From NCBI GenBank assembly GCA_963775425.1, contig CAVZJB010000007.1, positions 224,001 to 288,000 on the forward strand: a DNA stretch of 64,000 nt. The letters are read 5' to 3'. Origin of the DNA: an uncultured delta proteobacterium (lineage in GTDB: Bacteria; Myxococcota; UBA727; VGSZ01). Each line of letters starts with the position of its first letter. Position 1 is the first letter of the stretch. The notes beneath the pieces are model-generated. The model was not told the DNA's origin and did not search any database. It saw only the letters and a program-made list of their open reading frames with translations. The translations under genes and the position numbers were made by a program. Of this stretch, positions 8,760-17,458 are shown in pieces.

Positions 8760-9827
8760 GTGGTCTCCGTCGCCTACGTGCTCGCCGCCGGGCTCGGCAC
8801 ACGCCTGCGCCCCCTCACCGAGCAGCGGCCCAAGCCGCTCCTCGAGGTGTGTGGCACGCCGCTCGTGCACTTCGCGCTCGGCTTGCTCGAGCGCGCGGGC
8901 GTCCGCCGCGTCGGTCTCAATTCGCACTGGCTGCACCCGCGATTGCCCGACGCCCTCGGCGAGCGGTTCGGCGGCATGGAGATCGTCACCGTGCACGAGC
9001 CCGCCGTCCTCGGCACCGGCGGCGGCCTGCGCGGCCTGGCCAAGGCGCTGCCGGCGCCCGCCGGCGAGAAGGTGCTCGTCATGAACGCCGACGCGCTCAT
9101 CGACGTCGACCTCGAGGCGCTCGTCGAGGCCGATCGCGAGGACGCGCTGGCCACGCTGGTGCTCAAGGAGACGCCCGACGTCGACGCCTACGGCGCCATC
9201 GGCACCGACGCCGCCGACCGCATCACCGACTTCGCCGGCCGCGCGCACACCGGGAGCGTGGTGCGCCGGCGCATGTTCTGCGGCGTCCACCTCGTCCACC
9301 CGCGCGCGTTCGAGGTGTTGCCCGACGTCACCGTCGAAGGCGGTGTGGCGCGCGGGCCGCAGTCGGGGATCAACGACGAGGGCTACCCGGTGTGGATGAT
9401 GCGAGGCGAGGCGCTCTACGCCTTCGACACCACCGGGACCTTCTGCGACGTCGGCACCCCCGAGCGCCTGCTCGAAGCCAACCTCTCCGTCTTGAGCGGC
9501 GCGTGGAGCAGCAATCACCTGCGGCCGTTTGCGCGGCTCGAGGAGCGCGCGCCGCGGGTGTTCGTGTCGCCGCGCGCGCGGGTGCACCCGGACGCCGCGC
9601 TGGTCGCGCCCGTGCTCGTCGACGACGACGCCGAGGTCGGCGCCGGCGCGCGCGTGGCTTCGAGCGTGGTCGGCAAGCGCGCGCGCGTGGCCGCCGGCGC
9701 GCGCTTGAATCAAGTGGTGATTCAGTCGGACAGCAGCGTCGACGGCGACGTCGAGCGCGCCGTCCTTTTGAACCGCGCGGTGGGGCCAAACTCCCCGGGA
9801 TCGCTCGTCGACAAGAACCGCAGTTGA
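8760..9827 (+). CDS. NDP-sugar pyrophosphorylase/nucleotidyltransferase with C-terminal left-handed beta-helix
   Basis: LAAGLGTRLRPLTEQRPKPLL, LGTGGGL, MNADAL, DVGTPERL and hexapeptide-like repeats. Confidence 0.92.
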   Translation: MVSVAYVLAAGLGTRLRPLTEQRPKPLLEVCGTPLVHFALGLLERAGVRRVGLNSHWLHPRLPDALGERFGGMEIVTVHEPAVLGTGGGLRGLAKALPAPAGEKVLVMNADALIDVDLEALVEADREDALATLVLKETPDVDAYGAIGTDAADRITDFAGRAHTGSVVRRRMFCGVHLVHPRAFEVLPDVTVEGGVARGPQSGINDEGYPVWMMRGEALYAFDTTGTFCDVGTPERLLEANLSVLSGAWSSNHLRPFARLEERAPRVFVSPRARVHPDAALVAPVLVDDDAEVGAGARVASSVVGKRARVAAGARLNQVVIQSDSSVDGDVERAVLLNRAVGPNSPGSLVDKNRS

Positions 9828-9878
9828 CCCCGAGGGGTCTCCTCGCTAACCCACACGCACTCTCGAATGGAGACCTCC

Positions 9879-11042
9879 GTGAAGCGCAACCGCAAGTCCC
9901 ATGTGACCGTCACCGGTCGCTTGTTGTTCGCCGTCATCGCCGCGGGCGCCCTCGCCCTGGCCGGCTGCCCGAAGAAGGGTGACAGCGGGAGCGACAACGG
10001 CGGCTCGTCGCCGTCGAGCTCCCCAATGGCCCCGTCGCCCGCGTCAACGGCGAAGACATCCCGCGCGCCGACTTCGAGAAGCAGATGGAGCGCACCCGCG
10101 CCCGCTTCCAGCGCGCCGGGCGGCAAATCGCGCCCGCGCTCGAGAGCCGGCTGAAGGAGAACCTCATCCGCAAGCTCGTCGAGGAAGAGCTCATCGCGCA
10201 GAAGGCCAAGGCCGAAGGCGTGAGCCTGGACAAGGCGGAGATCGACGCCAAGCTCACGGAGCACAAGGGCCGCTTCGGCTCGGACAAGGCGTTCCAGTCG
10301 TTCCTCGAGCGCACGCAGCAGTCCGAGGCGGACGTCCGCTCCGACCTCGAGAAGAACCTGCTTCGCGACAAGCTCTTCGCCAAGCTCCTCTCCGGGCAGG
10401 AGCCCACCGAGGACGACGCCAAGAAGTACTACGACGAGAACAAGGACAAGTATAAGCAGCGCGAGCAGATCAACGCGCAGCACATCCTGTTCAAGATCGA
10501 CAAGACCACGTCGGACGCGGACAAGAAGAAGAAGCTCTCCGAGGCCAAGAAGGTCCTGGCCGAGGCCAAGAAGCCCGGCGCTGACTTCGCCGCGCTCGCC
10601 AAGAAGTACAGCGAGGGCCCCACCGCGCAGCGCGGCGGCGACCTCGGCACCTTCTCGCGCGGCCGCATGGTGAAGCAGTTCGAAGACGCGGCCTTCGCCG
10701 CCAAGCCGGGCGAGATCGTCGGGCCGGTGGAGACGCAGTTCGGCTACCACATCATCAAGGTCAACTCGAAGAACCCCGAGGTGCAGCGCCCGTACGACGA
10801 GGTGAAGGACTCCATCCTCACGAGCCTCAAGGCGCGGCAGAAGTCCAAGGCCACCCGTGAGCTGCTCGACAAGCTGAAGGCCGACGCCAAGATCGAGAAT
10901 CCTCGAGCCCGGCGTCTCCATCGAGCCCCGCCGGCCGACCATGATGGGCGGCAAGCCCGTGGTCCCCGCGGACCTCGACAACGTGCGCGCGCAGGCCAAG
11001 AAGGCCGCCGAGGCCGCCAAGGATTCCTCCGGCTCGAAATGA
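9879..11042 (+). CDS. PrsA/SurA-type parvulin peptidyl-prolyl isomerase lipoprotein, interrupted by two single-base indels
   Basis: GGAGA RBS and GTG at 9879; lipobox LALAGC. The frame shifts near 10005-10012 into VELPNGPVARVNGEDI, followed by AQHILFK, FAALAKKYSEG, RGGDLG and GPVETQFGYHII. An extra A at 10898/10899 shifts the tail (KIE-ILEPGVSIE...GSK), which ends at TGA 11040-11042. Confidence 0.85.
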
Positions 11043-12562
11043 CCCGGAGCGGGCGCGCGCTCGTCGTGGGGCGCGCCCCTGTGGCGGCGCGCGCGCTGCG
11101 CGCGAGCTGTGCGTGCCTCGCGCTCGCCTCGTGCGCGTCGGCGCAGACCGCGGGCGGCGGCGCCGCCACCACCGGGGTCGAGCCCGTCGACATCGACCCC
11201 ATCCTCCTCGACGAGACCGTCGGCCTCACCGCCGAGCTGATCCGCGCGCACGCGGTGAACCCGCCCGGTGAGGAGAAGCGCGTCGTCGACGTCCTCGCCG
11301 CCACGCTGCAGGACGCCGGCCTCGACGTCGTCACCGCGCCCTTCGGCGGCGATGCCCGGCGCGCCAACCTCAAGGCCGTCCTGCACGGACGCGATCCGAC
11401 GGCGCCGCCGCTGCTGCTGCTCGGCCACAGCGACGTCGTCCCCGCCGACGCCGCCGAGTGGTCGGTGCCGCCCTTCGACGGCGCCATCCAGGGCGGCCGG
11501 CTCATCGGCCGCGGCGCCTTCGACATGCTCTCCATGGACGCCCTCGAGGCGTTGACGCTGGTCGCCCTCAAGCGCGGCGGCACGACGCTCGAGCGCGACG
11601 TCGTCCTCGTCATCGAGGGCGACGAGGAGGTCGGCGGCGAGGGCATGAAGCAGGCGCTCGTCGACTGGCCCGAGCTGAAGAAGGCAGCCTTCGCGCTCAC
11701 CGAAGGCGGCGCGTTCCTCGAGAGCTACCTGCGGCCGGGCGAGGACCTCGCCGCCGTCGCCGTCGCCGAGAAGGGTCTGTTCCAGTTCTCGCTCACCGCG
11801 CACGGCAAGAGCGGCCACGGCAGCACCCCCGTCGACGACGCCGCGCCGGACCGCATCATCCGCGCCGCCGCCCGCGTCCTCGACCGCGACGTCCGGTTCA
11901 CCATCACGCCCATCGCCGCGCGCCAGCTCGCGGACATCGGCGCCGCGCACGGCGGCATCGAGGGCGTCGTGTTGTCGTCGCCGGCGCTGGCCAAGGCCTT
12001 CGCGCGCCCGCTCCTCGACGCCACGCCGTCGTCGGCCGCGCTGTTTCGCGACACCTGCTCGCTCACCGTGCTCGACGCCGGGCAGAAGCGAAACGTCATC
12101 CCCGGCACCGCCAGCGCCACCTTCGACTGCCGCCTGTTGCCCGGCACCGACCCCCACGCCTTCCGCGATCGCATGCTCGCCATCGTCGACGACCCGCGCG
12201 TGGACCTCACCGTCCTCGAGGCCGCGCCCGCGAGCGGCTCGGCTCCGGACAGCCCCGTCGTCGACGCGCTGCGCGCGCGCATCAAGCGCGAGATCCCCGG
12301 CGCCGCCGTCGTCGCCACGCTCTCCAAGGCCGCCACCGACTGCCGCTTCGTGCGCAAGGCCGGCGTCCCCTGCTACGGCTTCATCCCCATCCTCATCACC
12401 CGCGAGGAGCTCGACGCCGTGCACGGCAAGGACGAGTCCGTCCGCACCGAAGAGCTCGCCAAGGCCCTGCCCCGCCTGGTCGACGTCGTCGCCGCCCTCG
12501 CCACGGTGGCGCCCACGACGGCGCCGGGCGCGGCGCGCTCCTCGCCGCCGGGGTCCCCGTGA
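11039..12562 (+). CDS. M20/M25/M40 metallopeptidase (ArgE/DapE-like), probable lipoprotein
   Basis: ATGA overlap with the PPIase stop; LALASC; GHSDVVP, GRGAFDM, DEEVGG, SGHGS, NVIP, HGKDE. Confidence 0.92.
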   Translation: MTRSGRALVVGRAPVAARALRASCACLALASCASAQTAGGGAATTGVEPVDIDPILLDETVGLTAELIRAHAVNPPGEEKRVVDVLAATLQDAGLDVVTAPFGGDARRANLKAVLHGRDPTAPPLLLLGHSDVVPADAAEWSVPPFDGAIQGGRLIGRGAFDMLSMDALEALTLVALKRGGTTLERDVVLVIEGDEEVGGEGMKQALVDWPELKKAAFALTEGGAFLESYLRPGEDLAAVAVAEKGLFQFSLTAHGKSGHGSTPVDDAAPDRIIRAAARVLDRDVRFTITPIAARQLADIGAAHGGIEGVVLSSPALAKAFARPLLDATPSSAALFRDTCSLTVLDAGQKRNVIPGTASATFDCRLLPGTDPHAFRDRMLAIVDDPRVDLTVLEAAPASGSAPDSPVVDALRARIKREIPGAAVVATLSKAATDCRFVRKAGVPCYGFIPILITREELDAVHGKDESVRTEELAKALPRLVDVVAALATVAPTTAPGAARSSPPGSP

Positions 12563-13725
12563 ACCCCGCCGCCCACGGCTTCCTGCTCGACCCCGACGTG
12601 ATCTTCTTGAACCACGGGTCCTTCGGGTCCTGCCCCCGCGTCGTGCTCGACGAGCAGGCGCGCCTGCGCGAGCGCATGGAGCGCGAGCCCATGCGGCTCC
12701 TGCTGCGCGACCTCGAGGGGCTGCTCGACGATGCCCGCGCGCGCCTCGCCGCGTTCGTGAACGCGCCGCCGGCGTCGCTCGCGTTCGTGCCGAACGCCAC
12801 CACCGGCGTGAACGCCGTGCTCGGCTCCTTCCCGCTCTCCGCCGGCGACGAGCTCCTCGTCACCGACCACGAGTACAACGCCTGCCGCAACGCCCTCGAC
12901 CGCGCCGCCGCCGGCGCCGGCGCCGGCGTCAACGTCGTGTCGCTGCCGCTGCCGCTCACGAAGGACGCGGTGGTTCACGCGGTGCTCGCCGCCGTCACGC
13001 CGAGGACGCGCCTCGCGCTCCTCGATCACGTCACCAGCCCCACCGCCGCCGTGCTCCCGCTCGAGCACATCGTCCCCGCGCTCGAGGCGCGCGGCGTCGC
13101 CGTCCTCGTCGACGGCGCACACGCCCCCGGGATGATCCCCCTCGACGTCACCGCGCTCGGCGCGTCGTTTTACACGGGCAACTGCCACAAGTGGCTGTGC
13201 GCGCCCAAGGGCGCGGGCTTCCTCGCGGTCCGCCCCGATCGCGCCGCCGGCGTGCGCCCCGTGGTCACCAGCCACGGCGCCAACTCTCCGCGCACGGACC
13301 GCGCGCGTTTCCTCCTCGAGTTCGACTGGACCGGCACCGGCGACTTCACCGCGTATCTGTGCGTCCCCGCCGCCCTCGACTTCCTCGCCGCCCTCCTGCC
13401 CGGCGGCGTCTCCGCCGTCATGGCGGCAAACCACGCGCGCGCCCTCGAGGGCGGGCGCATCGTCGCCGAGGCGCTCGGCGTCGAGCCCACCTGTGCCGGG
13501 GACATGGCCGGTTCCATGCGCGCCGTCGCGCTCCCCGACGACGGCCGCGGCCCCACGTCGGCGCTCGCCCTCGACGACCCGCTGCAGCGGCGGCTCTTCG
13601 AGGAGCACCGCGTCGAGGTGCCCGTGTTCCCCTTCGGCGGCCGGCGGCTGCTGCGCGTCTCGGCGCAGGTCTACAACGAGCGCAGCGACTACGAGGCCCT
13701 CGCCCGCGCGCTCCGCCCCGCCTGA
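12559..13725 (+). CDS. PLP-dependent class V aminotransferase (isopenicillin N epimerase/EgtE-like)
   Basis: GTGA overlap; FLNHGSFG, NATTGVN, DHVTSPT, VDGAHAPG, GNCHKWL (PLP Lys), LRVSAQVYN. Confidence 0.92.
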   Translation: MNPAAHGFLLDPDVIFLNHGSFGSCPRVVLDEQARLRERMEREPMRLLLRDLEGLLDDARARLAAFVNAPPASLAFVPNATTGVNAVLGSFPLSAGDELLVTDHEYNACRNALDRAAAGAGAGVNVVSLPLPLTKDAVVHAVLAAVTPRTRLALLDHVTSPTAAVLPLEHIVPALEARGVAVLVDGAHAPGMIPLDVTALGASFYTGNCHKWLCAPKGAGFLAVRPDRAAGVRPVVTSHGANSPRTDRARFLLEFDWTGTGDFTAYLCVPAALDFLAALLPGGVSAVMAANHARALEGGRIVAEALGVEPTCAGDMAGSMRAVALPDDGRGPTSALALDDPLQRRLFEEHRVEVPVFPFGGRRLLRVSAQVYNERSDYEALARALRPA

Positions 13726-13790
13726 GCACCCGGCGCCGGATCGCCGGGCGGCGGCTTGTCCGCCGCCGTCGACGGCGTAGGCTCCCGCCC

Positions 13791-14399
13791 GTGAGCGACG
13801 ACGCCTTGCCCGAGCCCCTCGAGCGGTTCCGCCTGTGGTGGAGCGAGCGGAAGGCGCTCGACCCGACGGAGATCGCGGCGGCGATGGTGCTGTCGTCGGT
13901 GGACGACCGCGGCCGCCCGTCGTCGCGCGTGGTGCTCTTGCGCGGCTTCGACGCGCGGGGCTTCGCGTTCTACACGAACCTCGAGTCGCGCAAGGCGCGC
14001 GAGCTGCTCGCGCACCCCTTCGCCGCGCTCAACTTCCACTGGCCCGCGCTCAACCCCGACAATCGCGGGCGCCAGGTCCGCGTCGAGGGCGCCGTCGAGG
14101 CCGTCAGCGACGCCGAGTCCGACGCCTACTTCGCCGGCCGCCACCGCGACTCCCAGCTCGGGGCGTGGGCCTCCGACCAGTCGCGGCCGCTCGCCAGCGC
14201 GGACGCGCTCGCGGCGCGCGTCGAAGAGCTGCGCGGGCGCTTCGCGGGCGCGCCCGTGCCGCGACCGCCGCACTGGGGCGGGCTGCGGGTGGTGCCCGAC
14301 GCGCTCGAGCTCTGGCAGGAGGGCGCCTTTCGGCTGCACAGCCGGGAGCGCTACGAGCGCCGCGGGGACGCCTGGTCGCGGACGCTCCTGTACCCGTAA
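13791..14399 (+). CDS. pdxH: Pyridoxamine 5'-phosphate oxidase
   Basis: RPSSRVVLLRG, FYTNLESRK, RQVRVEG, SQLGAWAS, PRPPHWGG, ELWQ..FRLH, LYP end. Confidence 0.96.
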   Translation: MSDDALPEPLERFRLWWSERKALDPTEIAAAMVLSSVDDRGRPSSRVVLLRGFDARGFAFYTNLESRKARELLAHPFAALNFHWPALNPDNRGRQVRVEGAVEAVSDAESDAYFAGRHRDSQLGAWASDQSRPLASADALAARVEELRGRFAGAPVPRPPHWGGLRVVPDALELWQEGAFRLHSRERYERRGDAWSRTLLYP

Positions 14400-14518
14400 G
14401 ACCTACATCAAGATCCCCGAAACACACAGGAAACCCCTCCGTCATTTGGGCGATACTCGTCCCGACCACCCCGTCGCGCGCCCGCCGTGGCGCGCGCAAC
14501 CACGGAGGGAACCCCATC

Positions 14519-15979
14519 ATGGCCGTTACGCTGAACAAGGACCCCAAGGCGCTCGCGCGCGAGCTCAACAAATTCGTCACCGACGCCGGGGGCAAGGAGA
14601 TCCCCGGGCTCGACAACCTGGACCCCAAGGAGCTCATCCAGATCCGGGATGGGCTGCGGCAGTTCCTCGACAATTTCGACCAGGCCGGCCAGAAGGACCC
14701 GCAGCTCGCCAAGCTGGCGGACACGGCGGCGGTGAAGTCCCTCCGCCAGCTCGCCCAGATCGCGAGCCAGAAGGTGGACCAGGCCGCGGTCGCCAACACC
14801 GCGCAGACGCAGCAGGGGCTCGCGGCCAACAAGAAGCTGAGCGCCGACGACGTCGCCGCCGGCAACCAGGACATCGCCAACCTGCAGGCGCAGGTGGCGC
14901 AGCAGAAGCTCGCGGTGTCGCAGCAGAAGGTGCAGCTCCAGGGCGAGGTGCAAAAGCTCGAGGCCAACCCCAACCGCACGCCCGCCGAGGAGGCGCTGCT
15001 CGCGGGCAAGCGCACGCAGCTGCAGGTGCTGGGCGGCATCGACCAGAACCTCGACGTCAAAAAGCAGGGCCTCGAGGCGGCGCAGCTCGCGCTCAGCGAC
15101 GGCGTGCTCACCGGCAGCGAGGCCAAGGACCTCCAGACCATCCAGCGCGCCGTGCTCCAGAAGGACCAGATGCTCGGCCAGCTCGGCGCGCAGGCCGATC
15201 AGCTCGTCGGGCACGCGCAGGCGCTGTCGGCGGCGCCCTACGCCCAAAACGGCTCCAACTTCGACCCGATGGCGCTCAACCAGGTGGCCACCTCGGCCAT
15301 CCTCGCGTCGGCGATGCAGGCCAACGGTCTGCCGGGCATCACCGCGCCGGGCAGCAACAGCCTCCAGAACCTCCAGAACCTGATCGGCAACGCCGGCGGC
15401 TTCGCCAACACCGGCGTCGCCAACACCGCGCAGAACTTCCAGCGCGCGGGCGCGCTGAGCACGCCCTCGCGCATCGGTGACGACGCCAGCCTCGGCACCG
15501 ACGCCAACCTGGCTTCGCTCACCGCGGCCGGCGGCGGCGGCGGCTTCTTCGAGGACCGCGTCTTCGCCATCATGTGCAAGGTCGTCGAGGACTTCCAAAA
15601 GCAGATCGAGCAGCGCCTCGAGAAGCTCCAGCAGCAGGCCCAGGACGCCGAGAGCGGCGGGGGCAAGGGCGGCGGCGGCAAGGGCGGCGGCCTCGGCGGC
15701 ATCATCGGCGGCGTCGCGGGCACCGCGCTCGGCGGCCCCGTCGGCGGCATGGTCGGCAAGGCGGTCGGCGGCGCGGTCGGCGGCGCGGTCGACGGCGGCG
15801 GCAAGGGCGGCGCCGGCGGCGCCAGCGGCGGCAACGGTCAGGAGAGCCGCAACATCGAGTTCGAGAAGATCAAGTACGACATGCAGAAGCTCAGCCAGAT
15901 GCAGCAGGCCATGTCGAACATCTTGAACACGATGGACGACCTCGCCAAGAACGCCATCCGCCACATCAAGGCGGGCTGA
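14519..15979 (+). CDS. Gln/Ala-rich coiled-coil protein with a glycine zipper and SctF-like C-terminal helix (putative secreted filament/translocator)
   Basis: GGAGGG RBS; no signal peptide; GGLGGIIGGVAGTALGGPVGGMVG zipper; ends MQKLSQMQQAMSNILNTMDDLAKNAIRHIKAG. The CDS is well supported; the function is inferred. Confidence 0.75.
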   Translation: MAVTLNKDPKALARELNKFVTDAGGKEIPGLDNLDPKELIQIRDGLRQFLDNFDQAGQKDPQLAKLADTAAVKSLRQLAQIASQKVDQAAVANTAQTQQGLAANKKLSADDVAAGNQDIANLQAQVAQQKLAVSQQKVQLQGEVQKLEANPNRTPAEEALLAGKRTQLQVLGGIDQNLDVKKQGLEAAQLALSDGVLTGSEAKDLQTIQRAVLQKDQMLGQLGAQADQLVGHAQALSAAPYAQNGSNFDPMALNQVATSAILASAMQANGLPGITAPGSNSLQNLQNLIGNAGGFANTGVANTAQNFQRAGALSTPSRIGDDASLGTDANLASLTAAGGGGGFFEDRVFAIMCKVVEDFQKQIEQRLEKLQQQAQDAESGGGKGGGGKGGGLGGIIGGVAGTALGGPVGGMVGKAVGGAVGGAVDGGGKGGAGGASGGNGQESRNIEFEKIKYDMQKLSQMQQAMSNILNTMDDLAKNAIRHIKAG

Positions 15980-16045
15980 TGACGTTCGCGCACGGCGCTG
16001 CCGCCCGCTCGACGGCGCGGCGGCAGTGCCCGTAGGATGCCGGCG

Positions 16046-17320
16046 ATGGCGAAACCCCCGGCACCCGGCAGCGGCAAGGGGCGCCCCTCGGGCGCGCCGG
16101 GGAAGCACTCCGAGCAACGGCAGAGCGACGCGCGGCAGACCTCTCTCGAGGCCGGCCGCGCGTTGCAGCGCTTGCTCGACTCCGCGCCCGCGGCGCAGGT
16201 GGCCAAGAACCTCGACCCCGCCACCGCCAAGAACGCGGAGCGCGCGCTGGAGATGGCATCGAGCCTCGAGGTGCACGTCCCCGTCGGGCGCGTCACGGAC
16301 GCCGACATCGAGCGCCGCATCGAGGACATCCGCCAGACGCTGTCGTGGGTGCAGCCGCGCGCGTACGGCGAGCACCTTCAGCCGGGCGACGAGGTGCTGC
16401 TGGACCTCCTCGGCTACATGAACGGCGACGTGTTCCTGGCCCACACGGACACCTGGTACACGCTGGTCCCCAACCGCTTCCTGCCGGGGCTGTTCGAGTC
16501 GCTCGTCGGCGCCAAGGTGCCGGACCACCGCATCGTCCACGTGAAGCTCCCCGACGACTACCCCGTCACGCTGCAGGCGGGGCGCACCGCGGTGTTCGCC
16601 GTCAGCATCAAGCAGGGACGCGGGCGCAAGCTGCCGGACCCCGAGGACCCGGCGTTCCTCCCGTTCGTGAACCGCGGCGTGAAGACGCTCGACGACTTGC
16701 GCGAGCAGATCAAGCACGAGCTCGTCACGGAGCGCGCGCAGCAGATGGTGGAGCACGCCAAGCTCCTCCTGCTGCGCGAGCTCTACATGAAGTGCATGGA
16801 CGACGAGGTCCCGATGATGCTCGTCGACGAGGAGCTCACGCGGCGTTGGCGTGACTTCCAGGGCGAGCCGCTCATCCGCCAGGGCGTGTCCATCGAGGAG
16901 CAGAAGAAGTCGGCGGAGTCGTTCGCCGCGGACCAGAACAACCGCAGCGAGGCGCGCCGCACCATCTGGGAGTACCGCATCCTCGAGGCCATCGCGGCGC
17001 ACCACGGCATCGAGGTCAGCGAGGCCAGCCTGCGCCCCGTCCTCGTCGGCATCTTCGGCCCCGACGTCGACCTCGACGGGCTGCTGTACAAAAACCCCGG
17101 CCTGCACAAGGACCTGGTGAAGGGCATGCGCATGCGCCGCGCGTGCGACGTGCTCTTGAAGAAGGCCAAGGTCTACTTCGACGCGCCGCCGACGCCGCCG
17201 GACAAGGCGTACAAGCCGCTCATCCCCGCCCGCGAGCGCCCCAAGACCGAGGAGCGCCTGGTCTTCACCGCCGCCCGCGGCCTCAAGCGCCCGCCCTCCA
17301 AGGGCCCGCCCCGCAAGTAG
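16046..17320 (+). CDS. Trigger-factor-like chaperone (FKBP plus C-terminal domain, no ribosome-binding motif)
   Basis: FLPGLFESLVG...VKLPDDYP..LQAGRTAVFAV...RKLPD...TLDDLREQIK, EVPMMLVDEE, LEAIA..GIEVSE. No GFRxGxxP. TAGGAT lies 7 nt before ATG 16046. Confidence 0.82.
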   Translation: MAKPPAPGSGKGRPSGAPGKHSEQRQSDARQTSLEAGRALQRLLDSAPAAQVAKNLDPATAKNAERALEMASSLEVHVPVGRVTDADIERRIEDIRQTLSWVQPRAYGEHLQPGDEVLLDLLGYMNGDVFLAHTDTWYTLVPNRFLPGLFESLVGAKVPDHRIVHVKLPDDYPVTLQAGRTAVFAVSIKQGRGRKLPDPEDPAFLPFVNRGVKTLDDLREQIKHELVTERAQQMVEHAKLLLLRELYMKCMDDEVPMMLVDEELTRRWRDFQGEPLIRQGVSIEEQKKSAESFAADQNNRSEARRTIWEYRILEAIAAHHGIEVSEASLRPVLVGIFGPDVDLDGLLYKNPGLHKDLVKGMRMRRACDVLLKKAKVYFDAPPTPPDKAYKPLIPARERPKTEERLVFTAARGLKRPPSKGPPRK

Positions 17321-17323
17321 CCT

Positions 17324-17452
17324 GCGTCTCACCGAGGCGAGCGTCGGACGAGACGATGGAATTTCATCGTCTTATCGAGCGCACCTTCCGTCGACAATTT
17401 TCGTCTCACCGTATGAGACGATGATTTACATTTCGTCTCATGGCGGTATCAT
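17324..17452 (+). promoter_or_regulatory. Operator array of six (T)GAGACGA half-sites overlapping a sigma70-like promoter
   Basis: Half-sites at about 17324, 17349, 17367, 17401, 17414 and 17433, in both orientations. -35 TTTACA 17425-17430, 16-bp spacer, -10 TATCAT 17447-17452, then GTG 6 nt later. Confidence 0.75.
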
Positions 17453-17458
17453 CGAGCC

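Noticed and set aside
10085-12562. 825-aa PPIase-M20 peptidase fusion in the ORF track
   Set aside because: An extra A at ~10898 diverts the PPIase from its natural tail and stop (11040-11042). The peptidase has its own ATG and lipobox at 11039.
11039-14399. Beta-lactam or ergothioneine biosynthetic cluster, based on the isopenicillin-epimerase/EgtE-like gene
   Set aside because: There are no NRPS, IPNS or egtB/egtD genes in the window, and the neighbours are generic.
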